IMG/VR virus record: IMGVR_UViG_3300042262_000158
Coordinates: 1-25,218 of that record
DNA: 25,218 nt
DNA from: a virus
Lineage: Duplodnaviria > Caudoviricetes
Direction: 5' to 3' (one strand)
Shown here: in pieces, positions 16,557-23,227 of the stretch
Layout of the letters: every line of letters starts with the position of its first letter
How positions within the stretch are numbered: the first letter of the stretch is position 1
Notes under the pieces: generated by a model
Told to the model about the DNA's origin: nothing
Databases searched by the model: none
Seen by the model: the letters and a program-made list of their open reading frames with translations, nothing else
Made by a program: the position numbers and the translations under genes

Positions 16557-17266
16557 TTTGCACCGCCCTTCAGGGCGCGCACCTGTCGCCCCAGCTCCTC
16601 AATCGCCCGGTCCGCTTCCTTGTCTGAAAAATGCCAGTGCGACATGGCAGCGGAACTGCCCACAAAATCCTGCGCCCACCACGCCAGCGAGCTTTGCGCG
16701 CCATTGGGATTTAAAATCCGCCACTGCGCTTCAATAATTCGACAACGCGGGTTTTCAACGGTTTCGCTATAGCCAATCTGATAAGGCGACCAGTTCACAC
16801 CCGCCGCGCGGACTGCCCAGGCCTTCAGCGCCTCAATCACCTTGTAGCTGTCACCGACCGACATAAACGCCACATCATCAACATTCGCCTGGCGTTTGAC
16901 AAACCCTCCCAGAGCCCTCTCAGAGGGGTCTGAGACAACACCAAGATGATAAAGCGATATCCACAGCGCGCGGGTTTTGCGTTGCGTAACACCATCGGCC
17001 AAACGCGCCCGGCCAGCACGGGCAGCCACCTTTTTTTTCGGCTTGAAACCCAACGATTTGAAATGCTCGATCAGATCCACCAGCTGTGCTGTGCCAAGCT
17101 GGGTGCGGCTGGTTTTGCCGGGATACAGGGCTGCAACAATGTCGCGATAGGCATCGTCATCCAGACCAAGCGCTTTCTTGGCCACTTCAATTTTGCCATA
17201 CAGGCGACGGCGATAAGGATCGACCGGTTTTTTCGGTTTTGTGGGCGTTTTGCGAAGGGCCGTCAT
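16553..17266 (-). CDS. gemA: GemA / gp16-family regulatory protein (DUF1018)
   Basis: KIEVAKKALGLDDDAYR...GKTS, KTRALWISL..LGVV..ERAL..FVKR, VIEALKAW motifs. Confidence 0.85.
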   Translation of the reverse strand: MTALRKTPTKPKKPVDPYRRRLYGKIEVAKKALGLDDDAYRDIVAALYPGKTSRTQLGTAQLVDLIEHFKSLGFKPKKKVAARAGRARLADGVTQRKTRALWISLYHLGVVSDPSERALGGFVKRQANVDDVAFMSVGDSYKVIEALKAWAVRAAGVNWSPYQIGYSETVENPRCRIIEAQWRILNPNGAQSSLAWWAQDFVGSSAAMSHWHFSDKEADRAIEELGRQVRALKGGAK

Positions 17267-17976
17267 GACCGGTCACCTCCACCGGTCAGCACCTGCTGGC
17301 CCTCACCTGCAACACCCTGGCGAAAATCAACCTTGCTGCCATCGGCCAGACCATCCACCAACGCCCCGTAATCATGGTTCCGCGCCTTGGCGCTAAGGTC
17401 TCTGCCGGTCATGGTCTGCAAGCTGTCGCCAAATTGCTTTGCCTCATAGGCTTCAATGGCTTTGGTTTCCGCCTCTGTCGCGCAATGCGATGTGACCTTG
17501 TCGGCAACCGCGCGAACCCAGCCACTGGCATACATATCGCCCCGGCGCACTTTGGTACTGCGTTTCAGACGTTTATTCAGGCTGCCAATATAGGCCGTGC
17601 GGCTTTTTGTCAGTTGCCGCTCAAGCACTTCATAGGTATAGGCCGCAACCTTGGGGCTGGCATCAAGACCATAAAACTCAAAACGCGCCCGCCATTTGTC
17701 ACTTTGATAATAGGGGCGATATACCGTTTTGACACCGAAGGCCCGCGCCACCATACTTGCAAGCATCACGATATGCTTCGGCGGCACCTGGCCTGCACGG
17801 CTGTTCGCGGTGCTGCTGTTAACATCGCTGATCGCAACATCATCATGACTGACACCATATTTCTCCATCAACTCCTGGGCGCGTGATAACGCCGCCGCTG
17901 CCTCATTCGGGTTGTCGGACTGCGCCAGCGCGAGGCAGGATTTGATTTTGCGCAGGATGTTTTCATGCTCGGCCAT
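17263..17976 (-). CDS. DUF2786 domain-containing protein
   Basis: ILRKIKSCLALAQSDNPNEAAAALSRAQELMEKY N-terminus; ATG at 17976 with AGGAG SD. Confidence 0.85.
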   Translation of the reverse strand: MAEHENILRKIKSCLALAQSDNPNEAAAALSRAQELMEKYGVSHDDVAISDVNSSTANSRAGQVPPKHIVMLASMVARAFGVKTVYRPYYQSDKWRARFEFYGLDASPKVAAYTYEVLERQLTKSRTAYIGSLNKRLKRSTKVRRGDMYASGWVRAVADKVTSHCATEAETKAIEAYEAKQFGDSLQTMTGRDLSAKARNHDYGALVDGLADGSKVDFRQGVAGEGQQVLTGGGDRS

Positions 17977-18256
17977 TGTTATCTCCTGACGTCCCGGAAT
18001 GAATTGATGTTTCAATGAACTGCTCTAACGGCGTCAAAGGCAGGTTTTTCGGCCTCGGTTCTGCCGCCACAAACCGCGTCAGATAGTCCCGCTGTGCTTT
18101 GCACCACGCCTTGTAAGGCCAGCGTTTTCGCTCGCCGTAGGGATAGGCATCGCGCACCGCTTTAACGCGCTCGGGAAAAGGCAAATCCGCCGGAAGCGTT
18201 GCGTGGAGCTCGGCAATCACTTGGCGCGCATCGTCGTACCAGGTACCACTCATCAC
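17963..18256 (-). CDS. Hypothetical phage protein
   Basis: 97 aa with AYPYGERKRWPYKAW motif; coupled to its neighbours. Confidence 0.7.
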   Translation of the reverse strand: MMSGTWYDDARQVIAELHATLPADLPFPERVKAVRDAYPYGERKRWPYKAWCKAQRDYLTRFVAAEPRPKNLPLTPLEQFIETSIHSGTSGDNNGRA

Positions 18257-18636
18257 ACCCTCACTTTCAGCAGGGCAAAATCAATGTCCGGCGTAAAAAA
18301 ACCGAGCTTTCCTTTGCAGGGCACAAAATCCAGCGGTTTCGGGTCGGTCAGGACAAAGCCGTAGGGACCATGAAACCACTTGCTATCGAGCGACGTGACC
18401 AGATCGGTCAACGTGGCAATGCCAACAATGCCACCTAGCGGGCTGTTAGGATGATCCGCCATGAAGGCGCGTCTTTCCGCCGCCGCGCCGTCAAAGGTGG
18501 CGCTCGCATGTATCAAAAACGGCCCGCGAAACCGCGTAAGCCAGGAGCGGTTTTCGACCGTCTTGCCGTCAAACAAAATGTGATGCGCCCACGGCTGCCG
18601 GATCGAAAGTGCGTAATGGGGAAACTGGTTTTTCAT
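18253..18636 (-). CDS. ASCH domain protein
   Basis: ALSIRQPWA...GKTVENRSW..RGPFLIHAS...GKLGFF; ATG at 18636 overlaps the upstream stop. Confidence 0.9.
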   Translation of the reverse strand: MKNQFPHYALSIRQPWAHHILFDGKTVENRSWLTRFRGPFLIHASATFDGAAAERRAFMADHPNSPLGGIVGIATLTDLVTSLDSKWFHGPYGFVLTDPKPLDFVPCKGKLGFFTPDIDFALLKVRV

Positions 18637-19289
18637 GCCACCTCTCCAAATTTGTCGGTCTGGTTGCCCCATACGGCCCAGCCCTTGCGCTTCTGTCGGG
18701 CGAAAAGTTCCAGATATGGCCCGTCAAACATCGTTTCGATGCGGCCATACTGTTCGTCGGGTTTGCGGGAATGCTCACGGCGTGGCGCGCGGATTTCATC
18801 TTCGGGCCACCATTCAATCCAGTCGCGCACCGAATGAACCCCGGCAGGCGCACGCCCCATCCCGAACAAATCGTCCGGCAAGGCAGATTTAAGCGATGGA
18901 TTGCCCTTGGTGCACATCAGGCAGGGCTCAAGATTTTTGCGCGTGCCATAACCGGGGCCAAAGGCATATTTGCCGGTTTCCGGGTTGAATTTGCGCCATT
19001 CCCAGGCAAGACCGGCAAAGGTAAAGCCCCAGCCGGTAATCATGTTCTGCCAGTGCGGCATGGTCGGCCATGTCACCCACAAAAACAGCACACAATCATC
19101 GGCACACAAGGCACCGACCGGCATTTTGGCAATCTGCTCAAAGCTCATGCAGTCATAATGCGCCTTGGCGTTTTTGACTTCGCCCTTCGCTGACCAGTTA
19201 TCAAAACTCACCGCCGGGTCCGCAAGGATCACACGAAATCCCCCCGTCGGTCGCAAATTGACAAACTGTTTGATCAACTGGTTATTCAT
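18633..19289 (-). CDS. MT-A70 family N6-adenine methyltransferase
   Basis: ILADPAV, HYDCM, LFLWVT, GYGTRKNLEPCL, REHSRKPDE, YLELFAR..RKGW..WGNQ motifs. Confidence 0.9.
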   Translation of the reverse strand: MNNQLIKQFVNLRPTGGFRVILADPAVSFDNWSAKGEVKNAKAHYDCMSFEQIAKMPVGALCADDCVLFLWVTWPTMPHWQNMITGWGFTFAGLAWEWRKFNPETGKYAFGPGYGTRKNLEPCLMCTKGNPSLKSALPDDLFGMGRAPAGVHSVRDWIEWWPEDEIRAPRREHSRKPDEQYGRIETMFDGPYLELFARQKRKGWAVWGNQTDKFGEVA

Positions 19290-19587
19290 GACGGCGTGTC
19301 GCTCCTTCAAGGGATAGGCGGCTCACGGTCGCAACGAGTTTCTGCCAGTTCCCACCGGCCTCGATGTAAGCCCGAACCAACTGTTCAGGGTCGGCAAAGG
19401 CATCGGCGCTAAAAGCCTCTTCCTTACCGGCACTCAACACTTCATTCGCATGATGCAAGGCTGTTAAAAGACGGCCCCGCGCGGCTGCCCCGCGTGGTCG
19501 ATCCCCGCGCACAAACCCGGCAGCAACCATCGCCAGATCGGCAAGGGCGGCGCGTGCATCCGGGTTATGTGCAGGGGCTTTGGTCAT
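19282..19587 (-). CDS. Hypothetical protein
   Basis: Co-oriented ORF that fills the operon; start could be 19587 (ATG) or 19599. Confidence 0.6.
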   Translation of the reverse strand: MTKAPAHNPDARAALADLAMVAAGFVRGDRPRGAAARGRLLTALHHANEVLSAGKEEAFSADAFADPEQLVRAYIEAGGNWQKLVATVSRLSLEGATRRHE

Positions 19588-19595
19588 TTTGTCTC

Positions 19596-19814
19596 TCACG
19601 CATCGACCAAGATGAGATTGTTATTCGCGTCATTAGCGAAACGTCGTTTGCCACGAATGAAATTGATCGCGTCTGACCGGGATATTCCAACCCGGTCGAG
19701 AATATGATTGATCGCCTCTTCGTCTTCCATCTCAGCTACGCCGCCTCGCAAGTGTTGGGTCAGAGTGTCACCGTCGATGGTAATTTTCGTTGAATGCTTG
19801 GCTTCATCCGTCAT
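19596..19814 (-). CDS. Hypothetical protein
   Basis: Probable ATG at 19814 (MTDEAK) with AAAGGA SD. Confidence 0.55.
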   Translation of the reverse strand: MTDEAKHSTKITIDGDTLTQHLRGGVAEMEDEEAINHILDRVGISRSDAINFIRGKRRFANDANNNLILVDA

Positions 19815-19852
19815 GGTCAGTTTCCTTTTATTCACCTTCTGTTTGACAAATT

Positions 19853-20037
19853 TGGTGCGGGCCGGGCGCTACTCCGGCTTATGGGCTGGCAGGATTTGAA
19901 CCCGCATCATCCAGATCACAGAACAAACAACAGAGGCTGTTGGCGTAATGCCTGTCCTTATCGTGAAACCTTCCGGCTACCACCGAATAGGCCCCGTACT
20001 CGTCAGCACTGCGTGTTCCCGCCCACGCCGCCGCACC
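19853..20037 (-). ncRNA. tRNA-like element with a large insert and a nested second T-arm
   Basis: Acceptor GGTGCGG (20037-20031)/CCGCACC (19860-19854)+A; D-like arm GCGTG-GGCGGGAA-CACGC; terminal T-like arm GCCGG-AGTAGCGC-CCGGC; internal canonical T-arm GCGGG-TTCAAAT-CCTGC. No recognisable anticodon arm. Confidence 0.65.
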
Positions 20038-20040
20038 AAG

Positions 20041-20122
20041 GAACAGGCCGCAACCTGTTCGTTGCTAAGGCAGTAACCGGGGCCAAACCAAAAACTCGTA
20101 ACAGGTTTGGGTGGCCCCGGTT
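20041..20122. other. Two intergenic hairpins upstream of the tRNA-like element
   Basis: AACCGGGGCCA (20075-20085)/TGGCCCCGGTT (20112-20122) and GAACAGG (20041-20047)/CCTGTTC (20054-20060). Confidence 0.6.
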
Positions 20123-20127
20123 TCTCT

Positions 20128-20355
20128 TCAAGCTCCCCGCAGCTTGCCGCGTGGTGCCTGAAGAAACCTTTTGAACTGGGCGATGGCCTGCTTTTCACCG
20201 GCATAATCTTCGGCTGGGATACCAGGCACCCGCCTTGTGTTGCCGATGCGCCAGCGCAGGATCGATTCCGGTCCTGACATCAAAAGCGTTGCCTCGACCG
20301 GCATATCCGGCGCGATGTGAATATCGCCGCTGCCATAGCAATAGGCATACATCAC
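20128..20355 (-). CDS. Small Mu-like early protein (AYC..SG.I...VPGIP motif)
   Basis: 75 aa; the motif resembles small early proteins of Mu-like phages; function not established. Confidence 0.6.
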   Translation of the reverse strand: MMYAYCYGSGDIHIAPDMPVEATLLMSGPESILRWRIGNTRRVPGIPAEDYAGEKQAIAQFKRFLQAPRGKLRGA

Positions 20356-20561
20356 GCAGCCTCCTGCTTTGGGGTTTTGCGGTTGATCGCCCGTTCGGCG
20401 AAAAGCGCATCAACCAAACGGGCTTTCTTGCTGCGATCCGGGGCAAAACCGCTGTGCGCGGCAACGCTCAAAGCCCCCTTGGCCGACCGGGCAATCACGT
20501 AAATCAGGGCCTGATCAACCAGCTCGACACAAAACACATCCTGCGCTTTAGGCTTGCTCAT
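20352..20561 (-). CDS. Hypothetical protein (69 aa, MSKPKAQ...)
   Basis: ATG at 20561 with GGAG SD; 3' part of track ORF 20352..20717. Confidence 0.55.
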   Translation of the reverse strand: MSKPKAQDVFCVELVDQALIYVIARSAKGALSVAAHSGFAPDRSKKARLVDALFAERAINRKTPKQEAA

Positions 20562-20976
20562 GATCAGGCTCCGCAAAGAAATCCACCGGCAGGACCAGTT
20601 GAACAAACGGTTCCGAACGTCCCGGCACCCCGTCGATCTGTTCGGCGGTAATACGCTTGCCCGCGAACTGCTTGCCCTGGTAACTGGCAGGCAAACGCGA
20701 AAAGGTGATCTGGGCAATTTTGCTGCGTTTGGGCAGTTTCAATTCCCACCCGTGAGAAACCTCGCTTAACCGCAGCTTGCCCTGATGTTCGTTTGTGCCC
20801 CAGCGTGCCAGATAGTGATGACCAACGCGCAGCTTCAGGCGCTTGACGGCATCCTCGCCAAAGCGCAGCACCAGCATCTGACACTTGCGCACACAGCGGG
20901 TTGAAATCATGATTTCATCGGGATTGACAGCCACAGTGCTGTATTTCTGCGGCGGGGCGATTTCCTCGAAAGACAT
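20548..20976 (-). CDS. Hypothetical protein
   Basis: 142 aa; GAGGA SD at the end of the upstream gene; co-oriented. Confidence 0.65.
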   Translation of the reverse strand: MSFEEIAPPQKYSTVAVNPDEIMISTRCVRKCQMLVLRFGEDAVKRLKLRVGHHYLARWGTNEHQGKLRLSEVSHGWELKLPKRSKIAQITFSRLPASYQGKQFAGKRITAEQIDGVPGRSEPFVQLVLPVDFFAEPDHEQA

Positions 20977-20977
20977 C

Positions 20978-21505
20978 TCATTCCTCCTCGCTCATCAACG
21001 CTGCCACCAGCTTGTCGACATCACTGTCCTGCGGCTTGACAATGACAATGTCCGTGGCATCGACCACCGACACACCAAGGCGTTTCAAATCTTTGGCAGG
21101 CATGTTCGAAAGGGCCGTTTTGACCGGCTTTTCCGTGACCTTGATCAGGGTTTTGGCATCGCCCGGAAACAGCTTGCGGATCGCCGCAACCAGCTGGTCA
21201 TCATCCGGGCATTCAAGGCGACCGGGCTGCTTCGCATAACCCACCTTGATCCCGGCAAAAGTGCGCGATTTCGGCTTTTCAAAAAGACCAGGCGCTTTCG
21301 TGATCAGAGCTGAAAGTTCATGCTCATGCTCGCGCACACTCTCAATCTGTTTGCGGATCATGCCCATATAGCGGGCCTTGACCTTGTCGAGGTCTTCCTG
21401 CAAGGCCGTAACAGCCTCGGCAAGCTCGTTCCGGGCGGCAGCATAGCCCTGGGTTTTCTGTTCAATGTCGGCCATCGTGACCGGCGCGGTGAATAACGAA
21501 TTCAT
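20978..21505 (-). CDS. Mu Gam-like DNA-end protection (host nuclease inhibitor) protein
   Basis: N-terminal coiled coil, then LFEKPKSRTFAGIKVGYAK...KPVKTAL...KRLGVSVV; early-region position; true start likely ATG at 21505. Confidence 0.7.
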   Translation of the reverse strand: MNSLFTAPVTMADIEQKTQGYAAARNELAEAVTALQEDLDKVKARYMGMIRKQIESVREHEHELSALITKAPGLFEKPKSRTFAGIKVGYAKQPGRLECPDDDQLVAAIRKLFPGDAKTLIKVTEKPVKTALSNMPAKDLKRLGVSVVDATDIVIVKPQDSDVDKLVAALMSEEE

Positions 21506-21585
21506 GATGTTTTCCCGTGCAATGTCCGCAAAAAGCGAACCTGTTGAAGCCAAAAGCGATAAAAGGGGATGCGGGAGCGCTTCAT
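21502..21585 (-). CDS. 27-aa basic/aromatic peptide MKRSRIPFYRFWLQQVRFLRTLHGKTS
   Basis: Below the track size cut-off; ATGA start/stop overlaps at both ends exactly bridge the two neighbouring genes. Confidence 0.6.
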   Translation of the reverse strand: MKRSRIPFYRFWLQQVRFLRTLHGKTS

Positions 21586-21887
21586 GCGACACCGCCTTTC
21601 GGCGGGCAAAACACATGCCGGGCGATGCCGTTAATCCGCCACAGCCGGGCATAGCGCCAGGCGCGGCGAAAACTCTCACGATCCCGCACCGGCAAAACGA
21701 TGTTGTTGCCCAGGCGCGCAGCCTCGTTTGACGGCCAATAACTGACATATGCCCCGGTGCGCGAACGCCCGACATCAATCTCGCACCGGTCACTCGGGCG
21801 CGATGCAGACCGCGCAGGCGTCTCGAAATACCAGCGTGAATGCCAATAAATTTTGTCTGCACTCAAGCCGACCGTAATCGTGTTCAT
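21582..21887 (-). CDS. Hypothetical protein
   Basis: 101 aa; ATGA-coupled at both ends. Confidence 0.65.
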   Translation of the reverse strand: MNTITVGLSADKIYWHSRWYFETPARSASRPSDRCEIDVGRSRTGAYVSYWPSNEAARLGNNIVLPVRDRESFRRAWRYARLWRINGIARHVFCPPKGGVA

Positions 21888-22177
21888 GCTGCCGATCCTC
21901 CATCATCAGGGCTTGAAAAACCCCTCACCATCCGCCGATCGGCAAGATTGACGACTTGCCCGCGCGAAACCGCCCGCTCAATCGCCAGCAGGCTCGGCTC
22001 CCCGGCAGACACCGGCCCGTTTGCACGCTCATAGCTGCCAAGCCGGTCGGCAAGTTCCTGCAAATTGGTCAGCAAAATATCGGTGGTCGAGGGATCAAGA
22101 ACCAGCTTACCCCCGCTCTGATGCGCCATTTTGCGCAACGCCCCGGTCACGTTTGAAAGTTTCTGACTAAGCATCAT
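21884..22177 (-). CDS. Hypothetical protein
   Basis: ATG at 22177 (MMLSQKLS) with AAGGAGG SD; directly after MuB. Confidence 0.65.
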   Translation of the reverse strand: MMLSQKLSNVTGALRKMAHQSGGKLVLDPSTTDILLTNLQELADRLGSYERANGPVSAGEPSLLAIERAVSRGQVVNLADRRMVRGFSSPDDGGSAA

Positions 22178-22184
22178 TCCCTCC

Positions 22185-23165
22185 TTACGCCGACGGTGAA
22201 ACGAACGAGGACGAATGTTTGTCCCAGGCCATCTTGATATGCTCAATCGAGCGCGGCACCCCGGCACCGGCGGCAAGCATCGTGGCTAGTTGCAAGGTTT
22301 TCGTCATGCCACGCAACGCGCCGGGTTTGCGCCCGATGGCCTTAAGCAGCTTGATTTCTTCCTTGTCGGTAATGTCCCAGGCCTTGATCAGAACACACAT
22401 GTCCTCGGCCTTTGGCCGCGACTGGGTGATACGCACCCCGACGCGGGAAAAAAGCTGGGCAAACTCGGCTTTGCGACCATTGCCTTCAAGCCGTGCATAG
22501 ACCTGCTCGTTGCCAACCAGCGCAACGCCAACGGTGCCGCGCGCCCGATCATAGATCGACCTGATCTGATCAAGCGCCTCTGTCGATAATTGCTGCGCTT
22601 CATCGATAATGATCAGCCCTTGGGTACCTTCAACCCGGCGGCAAATCGCACGCGCCAGTTTCGCTGCATGCTTCTCTGTCACATCCATGACCTCGGCCAG
22701 TTCCACCAGAAGGCCATGCGTGCCCTTGGAACTCGGGTCCGCCGTTGCCAGCCACACATTGCGATTGGTGCGCGCATAATGCTCGCAGGTCGTCGTTTTG
22801 CTGATCCCGGCACCCCCGGCAATAATCACGATTTCCGGTAATAGATGACCGAACGCAAGCGCATCGATGAACTCGCGGGTAGACGGGGTTTCGATGTAAT
22901 CTGGCAGGCGCGGTGTCCGCGCTGCGGCCTGCTTGCGTTCCCCCAGGCCGGAAAGCCAGATCTGCACATCGCCTGCAATCCGTGAATTGTTGCCTGCATA
23001 GGTGCCCTTGAACCAGCCGGTAAAGGTGCCGTATTTGATACCGGTAAGTTTTGCGACATCCGCCTGGCTAAAACCCTCGGCTTCCATCACCGACTGGCAG
23101 GCGATGCGGATTTCTTCGATCTCCGCATCGCTAAAGGTATGTTCTGTCGTGACTGCTCTGTTCAT
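22185..23165 (-). CDS. MuB-like AAA+ ATPase (transposition target capture)
   Basis: N-terminal HTH (SQADVAKLTGIKYGTFTGWFKGTYAG), Walker A GGAGISKTT, Walker B IIIDEAQ, LVGNE, AQLFSRVG, GALR. Confidence 0.93.
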   Translation of the reverse strand: MNRAVTTEHTFSDAEIEEIRIACQSVMEAEGFSQADVAKLTGIKYGTFTGWFKGTYAGNNSRIAGDVQIWLSGLGERKQAAARTPRLPDYIETPSTREFIDALAFGHLLPEIVIIAGGAGISKTTTCEHYARTNRNVWLATADPSSKGTHGLLVELAEVMDVTEKHAAKLARAICRRVEGTQGLIIIDEAQQLSTEALDQIRSIYDRARGTVGVALVGNEQVYARLEGNGRKAEFAQLFSRVGVRITQSRPKAEDMCVLIKAWDITDKEEIKLLKAIGRKPGALRGMTKTLQLATMLAAGAGVPRSIEHIKMAWDKHSSSFVSPSA

Positions 23166-23227
23166 GCTATTTTCCTGTTGATCCTTGTTGGTCACGAGGG
23201 CGCGTTTTGCTTGGTCGCGGCGCGCCC

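Noticed and set aside
19889-19905. Canonical tRNA gene suggested by the GGTTCAAATCC T-arm
   Set aside because: No correctly spaced anticodon arm, D-arm and acceptor stem surround it. Reported only as part of the tRNA-like element.
19977-20204. 75-aa minus-strand ORF overlapping the hairpins and tRNA-like element
   Set aside because: It overlaps another gene out of frame, lacks a clear SD, and the region is better explained as structured RNA.
21506-21862. Long N-terminal extension of the Gam-like ORF in the track (similar extensions for gpT, gpI, MuB and the holin-like ORF)
   Set aside because: Most of these extensions overlap other genes or regulatory sites, and internal ATGs with SD, ATGA coupling or promoter context fit better.
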